From: Mytilus trossulus
Lineage: Eukaryota
DNA: 64,000 nt
Reading direction: 5' to 3'
Assembly (NCBI RefSeq): GCF_036588685.1
Contig: NC_086386.1
Span: forward strand, 64,914,001 to 64,978,000
Within the stretch, counting starts at the first letter, position 1; every line of letters begins with the position of its first letter. Shown piece after piece: positions 13,339-28,282 of this stretch. The position numbers and the translations under genes were made by a program. The notes below the pieces were generated by a model. It did no database searches. It was given only the letters and a program-made list of their open reading frames with translations, and was not told where the DNA came from.

Positions 13339-13496
13339 ATTTATGCAAAACCTATTCCATCACAACTTTTCCAATTAAAAAATACATAAAGAAAAAATCT
13401 GAATGAAGGTTATTTTGTGCTGTCTTAATTCATGGACTGTGAGAGTAACAAAAACATCACTAAACATCTTCAGGAATGAATCTTGTGTATGATTAA

Positions 13497-13897
13497 GAGC
13501 GCATTTGTTTCTAACCTAAACGATGTAAACGAGTTCGCGGGTAGTCGTTCAATCCATTTGTTTCTTACATTTTGTGATCAACTTTGACATCGTTTACATA
13601 AACGATGAACGCGCAAAATAGTCGCGTAGTCGTTTATTGTTGAGACGTGTAAACGATAAATTTGTTTCTGCATCTGTCGTTTAAATAATTATGAGCAAGT
13701 GTTGTTTTCACAAATTCTTGTTTATTTATTTCCCGTACTTTTACCAGTTTGTTTACAGTGCGTGAGTGTAATCTATTTCTGTCTGATAACGTGGGGTCGA
13801 TAAAGTTTATTAAACGATGTATTTGTTTTTAGCAGCTTCACGTTTACTAAACAATAGTCATCGATGACAAAATTTCGGGTTAGAAACAAATGCACTC
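13497..13897. mobile_element. PIF/Harbinger-like (Tourist-type) MITE
   Basis: 20-bp TIR gagcgcatttgtttctaacc / ggttagaaacaaatgcactc with 1 mismatch; TAA TSD on both sides. Confidence 0.82.
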
Positions 13898-14039
13898 TAA
13901 CTATTTTAATTCTGATGACAGTCCCAAAACTTTACAACATGAGAGTTGAGACATACAGGAGGTGAAACTGCTGACAGTAAACAATCTATTGAAATGAATA
14001 GTCTCATCTATATTTTTTTTGTATTATGCCTGCCTGAAG

Positions 14040-14190
14040 TTTTGGAGGTTGTAGAGTTAGACCCAGACCAGGACAAACCAAAAAGTTGACAGTTGGTATT
14101 TGCTGCGTTCACCCTTAGCAGGTAGAATTCAGGAATAAGAATAAAGACTGGTTGACCTGGCATAAGAATAATGTGTCTGGAGGGTGTTAC
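14040..14190 (+). mobile_element. Degenerate SINE fragment (a related fragment lies at ~34130-34190)
   Basis: ggtatttgctgc...taagaataaagactggttg...ataatgtgtc resembles an abundant mollusc SINE body (recognised from memory, not searched). Confidence 0.5.
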
Positions 14191-15201
14191 AATCTTTTGT
14201 GTGGACAATCTTTGATTAAAAAGATACCTTTCTATTTTTGGAGGATTGTATGTATGTACTCCACAAGATCATGTTATTTGGTTTATTGAGATATACTACA
14301 CATCACCTTTAATAATATTCATAGGCAACAGTCATTCAATTATGATGTTATTAGAGTACTAGTGTGCACAGTTTTTATAAAGTTTGTTAAGCTTAGCCTT
14401 AGGATGTACGACTTGTAGTGTATTCATTGAGGTCAAAACACCAGAGTGTTGAGGTCTTTGGCCCTGGTCAGTATGGTCAGTAGGTGTAGGGGGGAGTAAT
14501 AGTTAAATATACCGTATAACTTGTCTGACATGGTTTAAGGTCAGTTGACTTGCTTATGAAGTATGAGTTGTGTAGAAACGTGTCAATAATAAGTTTATAT
14601 TTGTACAAGATATTAAGCACGTCCATAAAATTTGTAGAGACTTATTCACCAACACAAATGGTTTAGTGGTTGTGTAATAACATAAAAACCATGTCTTTAC
14701 AGAGATAAACATTGATTAATGACATTCTACTACTGATCTACAAATGACAAAAGGCCTACAGCAAAAATCTTTCCTAAGATTAGGTCACATAATGTACTAC
14801 AAAAAATTCTTTAATTAGTATGTCTCAGAGAAAGCAGTCCGATACAATTTCTTTATTGATTTGTGTATTGTTTGAAGGGACATAAATCCTGCATGTTTTT
14901 ATTCTGAGTTTGTTTGATATTGATCTGTCAGTTTAAATCTCAGCTCATTTTCCCTTATCAAATAACAACTTGTACACACATAGCATGACACTTCATTATA
15001 ACATGTTTGTTGGCAAAGATGGAATGAAAATAGTTGTGCATTAGGTGATGAACTGTAAGCATGTTACAACCTGTTCCCCCTTTGTACTAACAATGGATTC
15101 ATCTATGGCTGCAGTCTTGGAGTGGAGACAGTAAAATGTTATGGCTATCGGATAATTCCCGTAATAAGTGCAATGACCTTTTGTTCCATTCCTTATTTCA
15201 G

Positions 15202-15263
15202 ATTTCTGAATGTCCACCCCGGAAGGACACACGGGATAACAAAGCCCCTGTAAAGGAGCCTAG
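15202..15263 (+). CDS. AFF4: AFF exon ISECPPRKDTRDNKAPVKEP, phase 0/2
   Basis: Acceptor ttatttcag, donor gtgagt. GC-richer than the flanks, and it bridges phase 0 to phase 2. Confidence 0.8.
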
Positions 15264-16497
15264 GTGAGTAACGTTTATCTTTTGCTAAAAGTTGTGTATT
15301 TTTTGAATTTCTAAATTTCAGTCAAACTATGATTTATTAATTGATATTAATGTATGTATATGTATATGTCTGCAATATTTCACATTATCAAGGATTTTTA
15401 TTGTTAAATTATTTAGAAAATGAAGTAGTTGATGTATTTCTACGAATTGCTAATAAAAGTACACCTTCATGTTTACCTTAACCTTTTTAAATTTTGAATA
15501 AATCAGATTTGTTGGAGCAGTAAACAACATACATGACATCCATTAATTTTAACTATCATAAAAAAATAAAAGCATGACATGTGGGATTTAAATACATTAT
15601 GTGAATATATATTAGTAAATCGTTGGTTATGTGAATTTATATTAATAAATTGTTGGTATTTAATTTTTGGAGGATACAGCAGGTTTTAAGGTCCTACTTT
15701 TTCTTCCTGAGTTTTAAATTGTAATTAAGGTGACAAAAGAATTTACATGACATTTTTTTTTATAAAGAAAATGAGACTTAGCATATTTAAAAGGTGATAA
15801 TTTAAATATATAGTTAAATGAAACTCAATCAACACACTAAATTGACTCTCACTGAAATTAATGTTATAGAAAGTATGGAGCTAGATACAGCTTTTGATCC
15901 TTTTTAAATTGAAATTTCTCACGAGTTGAAATTCTAATTTACGAAACAACGCACTTTAGTCACCATTTAAAGTCTTGTCAAAGTGATTTTTTTCTGTATG
16001 ATGCACTCTGTGTACAGTACATGATTTATGTAACATCTGTAATCCTTAGTCTTTTTTTTACTGTATAAAATACATTGATTAGACAAATATATGATAATAA
16101 TGTAAAAAGGCAAATATGTTCAATTTAGGAAGGTAGGTTTTGGCGATATTTTAAAATGGTTGAAGTGTTAATTTACTGGTGCTTAGAATAAATCAGTTTT
16201 ACTTGATTTCATTAGAGTAAGTGATCAAGCAACGAAGTGATGACAAATCATGAAATTCAATACTTGTGAAATTAGATGAATCCATAACTGTTTAAGTTTT
16301 AGGTAATTTACTTGTTAGTCTTCAAATGAGTGGTTTCCAAATTACAGATATTATGCAAGAATGGAACAGAACAATCTGATTCTCTCAATTTTTTTCAAAT
16401 TTGCCATTTTAAAGTGTGTGAAAATCTTGAAAATATACACAAGTCTCATCACTGGTGTTGCATTTAAATCAGCAAAATTAAAATCTGAAGAGGAAGA

Positions 16498-16640
16498 TAA
16501 AATGGAGAATGGAAATGGGGAATGTGTCAATGAGACAAGGACCCGAACAAATAGCAGACAACCTGAAGGCCACCAATTGGTCTTCAATGTAGTGAGAAAC
16601 TCCCGCATCCAGAGGCGTGCTTTAGCTGGCCAAGAGCATT
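16498..16640 (+). repeat. Dispersed repeat fragment (a homolog lies at 60893-61205)
   Basis: gagaatgg(aaatgg)ggaatgtgtcaa.gagacaa...ggtct.caa shared between the two loci. Confidence 0.6.
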
Positions 16641-17015
16641 GAAAAACCAAAAATTCCAAAATGTTGGCTACATCCATCTTAAATTAGACCCACTAATAAA
16701 CATTCCATCGTCCAAAGTATACTAATTTTTTGGTGGGGATATCAGTACAGGTCCTTTCATAAATGACAAACTTTTACCAAAGATATGAATTAAAAATATG
16801 ATTTTACTGCTTAGGTGGCTCATCATAATACCTATTCCTTTAGTGGCATCCAGTTTTATCATAACAGTTTCTTTTTATTATAACGGTTATTTCTGTTCTG
16901 TTTAGGCCTACTTTATACATATCTGGCTGGTAGCAATTTTCTGGAAACATGTGTCTTATTATGTCTATATATACTAGTTTGATGTTTTACACTTTAATTT
17001 CTAATTTTTGTGCTA

Positions 17016-17364
17016 TTTTCACATTTCCTGACCGGTGTGAGAGAAATATTTCTCCTCACTAGTGAAAAATCTGTTCTCGGCAAATGATTCGTCGAAATAT
17101 GATTATGAAGTCAATATGTTTTGTTTTCTTCTGAATTTTACTATTGTGACATCATGAAAAAAGGCGACCATGCCTGTTGACATTGCAAATAAAGAACACA
17201 AGTTTCTGAAAATCTTTGAATACGAAGTATAAAAATCACCAGAGAAACAGATTCCAACAATATAACTCGTGTATTACGATATTTCTCCACTCTCAACAGT
17301 TAAATTTTAACTGTCACGAGTGGAGAAATATCGTAATACACTTGTTGCAGTGTAGGAATCTATA
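17016..17364. mobile_element. Unclassified non-autonomous element with a ~110-bp imperfect palindrome
   Basis: Arms gtgtattacgatatttctccactc / gagtggagaaatatcgtaatacac centred near 17305; a related agaaatatttctcc motif at 17042. Confidence 0.55.
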
Positions 17365-17409
17365 TATTGTTCCCTTTCTTGAAATGGTCAGTTTCATGTG
17401 TGTTTACAG

Positions 17410-18190
17410 TTTTTAACCGGATTTTTGTGACAAAAATGTCGTTTATTGATTTGGGGATGTACGACAACTGGGCGGTTGGTCGGTCGGTCGGGCGTGCGGC
17501 AATCAAATGTTGTCCGTGCATTAACTAATGAACCGTTCAACCAAAGCTTTTAAAATTTTAATATGTTGTTACTGACAACTAAATGAATTTCAATAATGGC
17601 TATTTTTACCGTTCAGGAGTTATGGATCTTGAAAGATTGAAAGATTGAAAAATGGAGAATCCAGTCGTGTCCGTGCATTTCCACATGAACTGTTCTACCA
17701 AAGCTTCCCAAATTTTAATATGTTGTTACTGATGACAAAATTGAGGTCAAGTTCAATAATGACGATTTTGACTTATACCATTCCTGAGTTATGGTTCTTG
17801 AAAGATTGAAAAATGGTGTTTCCAGTCGTGTCTGTGCATTTTCTCATGAACCATTCAACCAAAGCTTTTGAAACTTTTATATGTTGTTACTGATGACAAA
17901 ATAGAGGTCAAGTTCAATTATGACGATTTTGACTTTTACCATTCAGGAGTTATGGTTCTTAAAAGATCGTAAAATGGCGTTTCCATTCACGTTGTTGCAT
18001 TTACTCATGAACAATTTAATCTAAGCTTTTCAAATTTTAATATTTTGATACTGATGACAAAATGGAGGTCAAATTTGATATTGACTATTTTCACTTTCAC
18101 CATTAGTCAGTAATGGTTCTTGTGATATTGCCAGGACACAAATAAATGTTAATAAATCTGGTTTGTTGTCCTTGTGACAGCCTCTTGTTT
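17410..18190 (+). mobile_element. Helentron-derived HINE-like element with ~161-bp internal repeats
   Basis: T-rich ends, aaccggattt / aaatctggtt subterminal inverted repeat, (GGTC/GGCG)n microsatellite, ~3.8 diverged units. Confidence 0.75.
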
Positions 18191-20261
18191 GATAGAACAG
18201 TCAAAGACTACCCTAGATTAGGTATTGTCATTATCTGAGATCTTTTTATCAGACACTTTTCTGACACCAGTTCCTTAAAAATGGCAGTTCAAAATTTAGC
18301 TATAATCTAAGCTGAAGAATTACTGTAATCTAATCTATTAAAATTTCTTAAACATTTTGTGTTGAGCAAATAATAATGTCAAGTTGTAAAAAGATATGAA
18401 GTTGATCAGTACTACATCAGACTAAGATTTAGATCTAATTTAAAATTCTTTGTCCCATATGTTTATTTGTCGATGTAAGAAAGTCCTTTAATTTTGATTG
18501 ATGAAATATAAGGTAGACATTGTGGACAATATAAATTATAATATTTATATGTTGACGCTCAGTTTACCAATTTCTTTTTTTTGTCAGATTAACCTGTTTC
18601 TATGAAAGCCTAACTGATTGCAGTGAATCAATTGATTGAGTTAATAATCCAACTCTCGCTCTGGTTAAATACATAATGAAAACTGACTTAATGAGATTCT
18701 AAATTAACTCTTGTGTTACATGGTGAATGTCTTATAAAATCTTTGGTCATACATGATAAAGATTTAGTCGCTCCTATAGGATGTGGGAGGGAAAATAATT
18801 CCAGGAAAATAGTATTTTCTTAAAGTCATCCTTGTTTTCAGTAGCTGTTGTTTGTTTACAATTGAAATGAATGAAAGGAGATTGGTAAAAAATCAAACAT
18901 CTTTGACACATAAAAGTCATCTTTGTTTACTGTTAATTCATAAATTATTGTGAGGTTTTTATTAAAAATGCGACTGAGTTGTAAACGCAATAATTAAGAC
19001 TCGCATTTTGAAATATTGTAAATGAATTAATCAGGATTTTTTTCTCATAATCGAAAAATTAAAATTGCATTTAACTCTAAAATAACAAAATCGCAAAAAT
19101 AAATCCATGCAATAATTTATGAATTTACAGTAATTAATTTCTTTTAAAAAACCATGCATGAAACTTTTTTAGTTAATACAGTTTTAAAAGTGAAGTTCCT
19201 TTCAAAAGATTTTGTTTTATTTCAAAATGATCAAGTACATTTAATGTTTTCAATTATCAAAGGTTTGTCTATCCAACATATTACTGTAATCCATAAATTA
19301 TGTCAAAGGAAGTACTCTGTATTATTGTGGACTGGAGCTTTTTGTAGAAACACCTGTTTACTACACTTTAGTAGGCCTAGAGGAATAATTCCTAAACAGC
19401 AATGTTCTGAAATAGCTTTTAACAGTGGACTAAAGATGTTAGTAAGCTATCTTCAATGATTTTCGTATATTGCTGTAGAATACATCAGACAGTTGGTTCC
19501 TGAATTGTTTCTCATGGTATTCGATTTTTGTGTTTTTACTTTTCATATCTATATATAGGTAATGGATTCTATCATTGTTAAAGTGACCTATAACTGTTGA
19601 CATCTTTGTCATTTGGTTGCCTCCTCATTATCATTATACCACATCTTCTATTTATGATATTTCTATTGTTTAAAGCTAATCGCCCACAGGTGTAAGCAGT
19701 AAGCGGTTGTTTAAAGTGAGGTTTTAGGAACATTTTTGCTTGGGTGGCAAATTGCACCATATTTCCCCGATGTGTATTTATGTAAAAATGCAGAGTTAAG
19801 GGTATTTATTAGTGTGTCATTAGTTTGACATGCTATACTGATATAAATCTTTATTGTGATGAATAGTTTATTTAAGGGCACTTGTTTCTCAGTAGTTTAA
19901 CCAACCATGTCTCTGTAAATATCTTGTTACACACTTTTAGAATCTGGTTAGATTACTACCATTAAATGTGTGTTTTGTCCTAGATTTTGCGTAGTATTTC
20001 TAATGCATCTAGTCTATTAATTGATGATTTGTACTGTGTAATAACTGCTTTCTCATTAATAATTCAGACTGCATATAAATGATCCCAGGAGAATGTCATC
20101 ATGGAACAATATCTTCCCATACACAGGCGAATGTCAGCATGGAACCATATCTTCCCTGACACTGATCTAATCACATTTAACAACATGTTAAACAAATAAA
20201 TGATTAAGCTTACAGAATCAGCTAAAACATCTAAATAGTGAATCCAATTATGTTGAATGAT

Positions 20262-20728
20262 AAACAACAAACACCCTCATAAACATCCTACTATATCAGT
20301 GTATGTAAACAACCAACAACAAACACCTCTGTAACCAAACAACAAACGTCCTTGTAACCAATCAACACACACCCTCATAAACATCCTACTATATCCATGC
20401 ATGTAAACAACCAACAACAAACACCTCTGTAACCAAACAACAAACGTCCTTGTAACCAATCAACACACACCCTCATAAACATCCTACTATATACATGTAT
20501 GTAAACAACCAACAACACACACCCTCATAAACATCCTACTATATCCATGTATGTAAACAACCAACAACACACACCCTCATAAACATCCTACTATATCCAT
20601 GTATGTAAACAACCAACAACACACACCCTCATAAACATCCTACTATATCCATGTGTGTAAACAACCAACAACAAATATCCTCCTTAACAATCCACAACTA
20701 ACACCTTTGTAAAAAACCAACAACCAAC
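20262..20728. repeat. AC-rich minisatellite: two 98-bp units, then 52-bp units
   Basis: cctcataaacatcctactatat recurs at 20275, 20373, 20471, 20523, 20575 and 20627. Confidence 0.9.
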
Positions 20729-23700
20729 ACACTCTTGAACATCCTATATGAGAATAGTAGAAAGTGTAATCTAAATGAAAGTTTACAACAGATCTTTATC
20801 AGGAGTTCACCAACATAAATGTAGGTTAAGTCTAAACCACAATATCTTTAAAGTACAAATTATAATAAACTTTCATGCCAGTGTCTACAAATTCACTTAT
20901 AAAAGATGCATTTCTATTGTAATTTAGAAATATCTATGGTATCAAATGTGAAAAAAGATACATTCTTATTTGTGGTAAACAAAAGCAGGAAAGATAATTA
21001 GAGAGCTTGGAAGACATATTGAACATGTTGATTAGTTTATATATTGTCTTGATTGTTAGTGTAACAGTGTAAGGGATACAGTATTGAGAAAGGAAGGAAA
21101 TTCATGTAGAAAATCTTTACATTGCTAATGATCACTTTATAGATTTTATAACATCTTTATGTTCTGGATAGTCATGTTATACTTTTAAGTACAAAACAAT
21201 TTTAGTTATGTGGTGCATTTAAGGCACTTTTTCATGTGTAAATTATTTATCGATTTTTCTTTCAAGTTGTAGATCTATGTCAGTGTTTAGTCATGTGAAC
21301 AACAATAAATCTAGATAATTCTTTGAATCTTAAATGTTATAATGTAAAGAGAAGTAACCTATTCATATATATACTTCAAATAAGTAAAAAAAATATATAA
21401 TCGAGCGGAACAACTAATTAAAGAAGTAACAAGAGGGAGAAGATAGCAATGGGGCAATAAGAATAAATAAAAGTTGAGAAAAAAGAAACAGACAATATTA
21501 AATGATAATAAAGAAAAAAAAGGTATGAACAAAACTAAAATTAAAGTTTGTCAATTTAACCCAAGGGAAGGGACATAAATTTCGCAACAACAGATAGAAA
21601 ATTAAAAAAATCCTTAATTTCCTCAATTCGCTCATCATGATGATGCAACTCTAACTTTAACATTTTCTTTTTTCACATCTCTCTACATAACTGGGTCTTC
21701 TCCTGGAAATGCATGCTAGAAATGTGGCAAACCCCTGAATGTGTTTTAAACATGAACAGTTGACAGTAGAAGCATTGTGATGGATGTAACTATGGATGCC
21801 TTGGTTAATAGATTAAGTAAAACCTCCATAAAACTGTCATAATGTGTAACATGGTGTAGCATGGTGTGGGAGTTTAAATTGTACACTTTGTCACAAACAG
21901 TACATTAAATGGCCTTTAATCTCAATAAAGACAACAGGAGAAACAATTTAAAGAATGTCAAAGATTTAATGAATTGTTGTTCTAAACTGCCAAATAACTT
22001 GCATTTCTTGGTCAATTTTCAACTTCAAGAAGGCTAATTTTACAGTTTTAAATTTGCAATTTTCCATAGTAAAACTTTACAAAAAAGCCAGATGAGTGGC
22101 ATGTTATACGCATAAGCTGTTGTTAGTACTATTTTCATTGTGACCCCATTTAATTGACATCTTCATCTTCTTTTTATAAAATTGCAAAAAATTGAGTAGT
22201 TTAGAAATAAAAGACTAGGAATGAAAAAGTTCTGAACAGAAAAGTTTGAGCTACGTTTCATGTCTTTACACCAATATTCTGTTTATTCTGTCTATCCTGC
22301 TTCCAATATAACAAAAAATTCCATCAAACTGTCAAGAAAAGCTGTCATAACTGTGGTCATGTTGATAGTCTTAAGTCATGCCTAAAAATTGATTAGTTGT
22401 GATTAAAGCTTTGTTATGGCTGATATTTATAAATATAAGTATAGAATACACATAATATTGACCCTATTATCTTTAATCTAGATAAGTATTCAAGGTCGTC
22501 TTGATATCAATTGTCAGCTTTATTTTAAATCAATTTAAAATCTTTTCAATAATTGTGGGTTATATTTTATTAATCTCTTATCTAACATAATCTTACTACA
22601 AATTGTAAATGAGTTTTGTATGTTGTACACTTGTCCTTTGGGCTATTTATTTATCGGCTAAGTGACAACAGTTGTGGTATGGTCCTTTGACATTAGAGTG
22701 AGAGGGTGGTTTATTAAACACTTTACTGGTTCAATTAATCAGGGATTACAACTGTAACAGCAATATAACAATTAAATAATGGTGTGGTTTGAATGCCAGT
22801 TACATCAATACCATGAAAAGTGCCCAAAAAATCATTTGTAAAAGTCTTGTCTTGGTTTTACAAAAGGTTCACAAAACTTGTGGACCTAGGTTCTTTTTTG
22901 TTTAAGCAGTCCTGTTGTCCTGTGATTTAAAAGTGTGATATGTTTGTATTTAGCTTTCTTTATATGATTGTGTTGGTTTTACAATGTAAAACCAATACAA
23001 GTGTTCACAAGGCATGTTGATGTTGGTTCTTTAAATGTTCTCAGCAGTCCTCTTGTCCTGTGTGTTATATAAGTGTGATGTGTTTGTGCTCATCTTTTAT
23101 CAAGTGATTGTTTTAAGAGTTTTAATACCTGTTTGTCTCTTTGGTTGTGATTTCTAACTCTGATTGTTTGACAGGTCATATGAGTTTGTTATAAGGGTGA
23201 TATGGATATGTATATAATTTGTTTTATTAAATACCCTACATAAGATTACCTTATTTCAACTATCAATACTGGACAGATCTACCTGCAGTAGTTGATTATA
23301 AACAAACATTCTGGACAATTACTCGTTACCTATAAATAACAACTTGGCATCAATCACTGGTGAAATCTTCACTTGTCATCACTGGTTACCATGATTTATG
23401 CCAGTGCTCCAAACTAATACCCTAGCTTAATGGAAACTCTCTAGTGCTGCTTAAGTAGAGTACTCCACATTATAGACATCTCTAGTGTGGGTTGGTCATT
23501 GTTCATACCATCATTGCAAGTCTGCTTGTCCGTGATGAGTTTAAAATGTGGTCAGCATATCTCTATTAAGAATGTTTGTACTTGAACGTCCCCAAAAATG
23601 TAGTTCTGATTCCTGTAACTTAACATCTACTGAAAGAATTTTATTTTTCTTTAGCACTTTTAAAGTTCAAAACAATTTTTCTATGTTGACTAAAAATATC

Positions 23701-26700
23701 CTAAAATATTTTACCCTATCTACCTATCCTGTTTTTCTGAGTTTCTACAATTTGAGAAATTTCAATTATTGAATATTTTTTTACCCTATTTGTTTAATTT
23801 TGCCAATTCATTATTTTTTTAGAAGTGTTATTTCTTAGGAATTCAAGCCATCACCAGAGACTGGGATACAGAGATACAAGTTCATACAAATGTTAAACCA
23901 ACCCATCCTTTCTTGACAATAAATGAATTGCCATGTAATATGAAGCTAGCTTGTTTCAGGAAAGTTTGATCATTTGACCCCCCATAAACTCATTAGGGTG
24001 AAATGCATTTGGAAAAGATTCTTTAATTGTCTGGGAATAATTTTGTTCATTTTATAACCAATTAATCTTGTTGTTGTTTATGTTATCCAGTAGTGCTACT
24101 GGGCAATAATTGAGAGTAGCTGTCTTATATAACATGATTATTGGCCAGTCTGTCTCCTCACAAATTAGATAATCCGTGCAGCCGACTCTGACATTTCAGT
24201 CAAATATATTGTGACTAGTCTGCAAACATTCCATTATGCTTTACTCATTTGTAAGCTGCTAAATTCAAGTAGAATTTTTTTGTTAAAAATTGACATGTGA
24301 ATCTAACGAACTACTTGAATTATTTAGGCCAAAATTATTTATGTGTCTGAAACGTTTATAATACAAGGCATTAAGTCTTTTTTCTTTTAATTCAAATTTA
24401 ACTGTGAAATTGAAATATTTTGAAGATTCAGTGGGCATTTTGTTGTTATGCAGGCAAGTTTTCAGATAGGAACAGACTATTTGGTGTGAACTTCAAAATC
24501 GGGTTCAAGTTGGCAATGTGAAATTAAATTAGTTTGCTCCTATTAAATAGGATAATTACCATTACTGGACCAATCATACAATGAAGATAGGTCTACCTTC
24601 AGAATATCTTGTAAGCTAGTCTAGTAAAACAATGTTTGGTCCAGTTATATAGTATAATTCTTTAACCTACAGAATGATTTGCATACACATATAGCTTGAT
24701 CTAATGTTTACATAAATTGTAATGGGATAACAGACGTTGACCCTTTAAAAAGCTCACAAAACAAGAAATGAGAATGAGATATAAACTGATTTTTTGGCTA
24801 ATACCATTTAAGTTAAAAACAATCTTTATAAATTGAGTGTGTCCCTGTAGCAACCAAACTATGTACTTTTGTATTTAAAGATACTGATAGATTAAAAGAT
24901 TGTCAGAGCTATTTAATAATTTTGATATTTAACATGAAAGGGGACTTTATGTAGTTAGGTCATCCATTTTAACCAACTTCAAATATCCTGGGAAAATATT
25001 GATTGATATATGATAATTATTAACAAAGAGAATCAAAGTTGATATAAATCAATGATTTGGTCCTAAACAGACAGAAACAGACAGTCTGACACTTTATTGA
25101 TGTACTCTGTGTGTAGGTGAAAGCCTCACCTTACTTGAACTCACTTCTGTGTGCATATTTTCAGATATAAACTTTCAAGTATTTAAGCTTTCCATTGTTG
25201 TTTGATTATAAAATATTCAGTACTTTGTGAAGAAGAAAGATATTAGGAGTTCTCTGTCCTGCTAATGTATGTGGTTCTATTGTGTCATGTTAAGTTTGAA
25301 TTGGTTCATTTTTTGTCCCTTTTGATATTCTATTTCATTTTTGATACAGGTACTTTCAAATAAAAGTACATGTAGTGGGTTGAACCAGCCTTTTTCAGTG
25401 AACCATAACCAGTCTTTATATCAACATTGGTTCTGATTCCTGACAACTGTTATGAGTTGACAGGTTTGAGTTGCTCTTTGGGGAGTAGAAACAATATGCA
25501 ATGCAAACTTAACATGCAAAATTTCCATAAGTCATAAACACATATTGATATAATGACAGAAAAAAGTCGGTCATTATATAATTGAAGATTTTGGATTTTT
25601 GGAAAATTAATATGGTTGACATGTTGCTTCCTAATGCTGTAAAAGTTAATTTCTACACAGAAATTCATCATCATGAAGAAGGCTGTTGTACAATAATGCT
25701 TTTCTCTCATCTTAATATTTCATACTGATGAGAGAACTCATTCATCATGTAATTGAGAATGCTTTAATCACTTTTAGGTTTTGATTGCATTCTTAGAAAA
25801 AATTGTTGACTCCAGGTGAATAAGTAGGTTAGTTCCATACTTAATCACTACATCTTATATTTGTAGTTATTGATTTCTAGAACTATTCCAGATTGATTTT
25901 AATTTTAATGAACAAGATGTCTTTGAAATTACAAAACCTCATCTTTGTTTTTTGTAATTAATGATGAGTTAATAAAAATCTTCCAAGGATTTACTACATC
26001 AGAACTTTGATAAGCATGACACATGATAAGGTGAAGGCTATCATGGAGATATGTCGATAGTTTATCAGTTATTGTACTCAGTCTGGAAAAATATATGACA
26101 TAAAATGGTCTTTTTATGAAGAAAGTTGTAGATATTAAAATACAAACGCTGCTTATGATGTCTGCAGTTGTATCTTGTTTAGAGAAATAATTTTAATTAT
26201 TTTTCGCAATTCACACCTTCAAGACATATTATTTTAGAGAGAAAAGATGACTAAATTTTGTTTACAAGCACTTCTTTCAGCTTTATTTTTAATCCAAACA
26301 TTGATGTTACAAAATCTATTTTTATTCCTTTGTCATATTTTTAATCATATCTCTTTATGCAGTCACAAATAACATTAAAATATGCATTAAATGTGTAAAA
26401 CAATTTGTGAAGTAGAAATTTAGGAGAACAAGAACTACCTGCTGACATACCATTTTCAGTAATTTGATATTAATCAAAGCTATCAAAGCAAAACATATAC
26501 TGAATTAAAAAGCCAATCAGTGCTGAAAAAAGGTTGTAAGCATTACATTTATTTCTCTTCTCTACTTGTACGTTACATAAGAAACTGAAGCTAAGGAATA
26601 GTCTTGAGTGAAAATTGAATATTGGTATTATTTTATTCCTGACAGTTGTACTATGAAATGAGAAAGGTTCATACAGTTACATTTTGTACTTTAGAAAATA

Positions 26701-28226
26701 ACAAATCACTTCATTGTAAACAGAGTGAAGTCATTGAACAATTATTGAATGTTCGTAAAGGTTAAAACACCTCCATGGGACTGCATCAATGGATGGTTAA
26801 ATGAATGTTTTGATAATTTTATTACGAAAAAATGGTAGATAAGATTTATTACTTGTAGATAAGTTTAAACTAATCATTTGTTTATTCTATATGTAGATTT
26901 TTATGCATAATCTATTCTTTGAAAGGACTTAAATGTTGTTGAACTATGTTGATATGGAAGATAATGGTTTTAAATAGTTTTCATAAGATCTGATTTATAT
27001 GTGTAGTTACGATTGTTTGATCCAGCAGCTTGTAATGTTAATCTGTTCAAAAAGAGTTTTGTATCAAATGTTAAATGAGAATTTAATGCAGTTATTATTC
27101 AAAAGGAAACATGGTGAAATGTGTAATTAACTGAAACAAGTGTTAGCCGAAAATTAAATATCTTGTAAAAACATACCATAACTGAGGACTCTCAGGAAGA
27201 TTAGTTTTAACTAATAGGATCATCCTCTTGAAATAAAGATTATTTATTTATTTATTTATTTAACAAGAGGAGGACTTAAACAAATGTTTTCAGATAGTTT
27301 AAAAAAAAAATATAGTCCATATATTTAGTAACACTGGCTACTTTTGATAGAAAAAATTCCAAACTCTCTTTAGTTAAACAAACAATCAGTTGAACCAGTA
27401 TGAATATATTAATTTGTCAGTTTTTAGCTGAAGTCATGTACGGTTTACCAAGTGCAGTTTTCTCTACAGTTTTCCATATTGCTGAGTGCATTTTTTGGTG
27501 AAGTTTTGAAGTTTACCAAGTACATTATGTTATTTCCAGAAACTAAACTGATCAGTGTAACCCTTAGTGACATGAAACCACAAGAAAGTGGAATGAAACC
27601 CTTTAAGATGATATAATTTCTTCATCAGAGGAAAAAAATGAAAGTCCTTGATCATTTGTGTTGTAATAGTTTAAAGAAGCAGTATAGGTCTCCATTAAGC
27701 AGTCACAGAAAGATTTTACTATATATAATGATTGGTTCCTGTTCATTTTATTAGTGATATATGTTGGGATCAAAGTTTACCAACTGTTATTCTATTTTCA
27801 TTAAATTATTGCTTAATACAGACTTACGAAGGCAAAACATGTACTGGATTACAAGCCAATCAAAATAGACTATTAGCAAGGTTTATATTCTGCTCATTGT
27901 TTGTGGTCAGATTAACAAAGTTACCTTTCTTAAGTGATTGACAATGAGATGAAACTAGAAGGTCAAGACTTTGGGCTTGTCTTATATAATGTCACACTCA
28001 ACAAGTTGTATATTCTGACTTATTAAGTTTTGTGATACTTATCAATGTCAGGCACAATCTACCCTAGTACTGTTCTGGGGGTTGGTAAAACATGTATTGT
28101 AAGAAAAGAAAAAATGTTATTCCATAATTTTCTTTCATAAAAGTAGTGCAGTAGTAATTTGATGTTGCATGAAAATACTGTGTTAGAAATAACCATTCCA
28201 TTGTATGTCATAGTTAAACTGCCTCT

Positions 28227-28282
28227 GAGCATCACCGAAGAGACATTTATTGTTGAAACAGGCACCTGGTGCAGAAAAATTG
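28227..28282 (+). ncRNA. Solitary degenerate type I hammerhead ribozyme relic of the same family as the 59.6-60.8 kb array
   Basis: gcatca-cCgaaga-gac(atttatt)gtt-gaaa-caggca-cc-tggtgc; 42/56 identical to the array unit. Confidence 0.75.
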
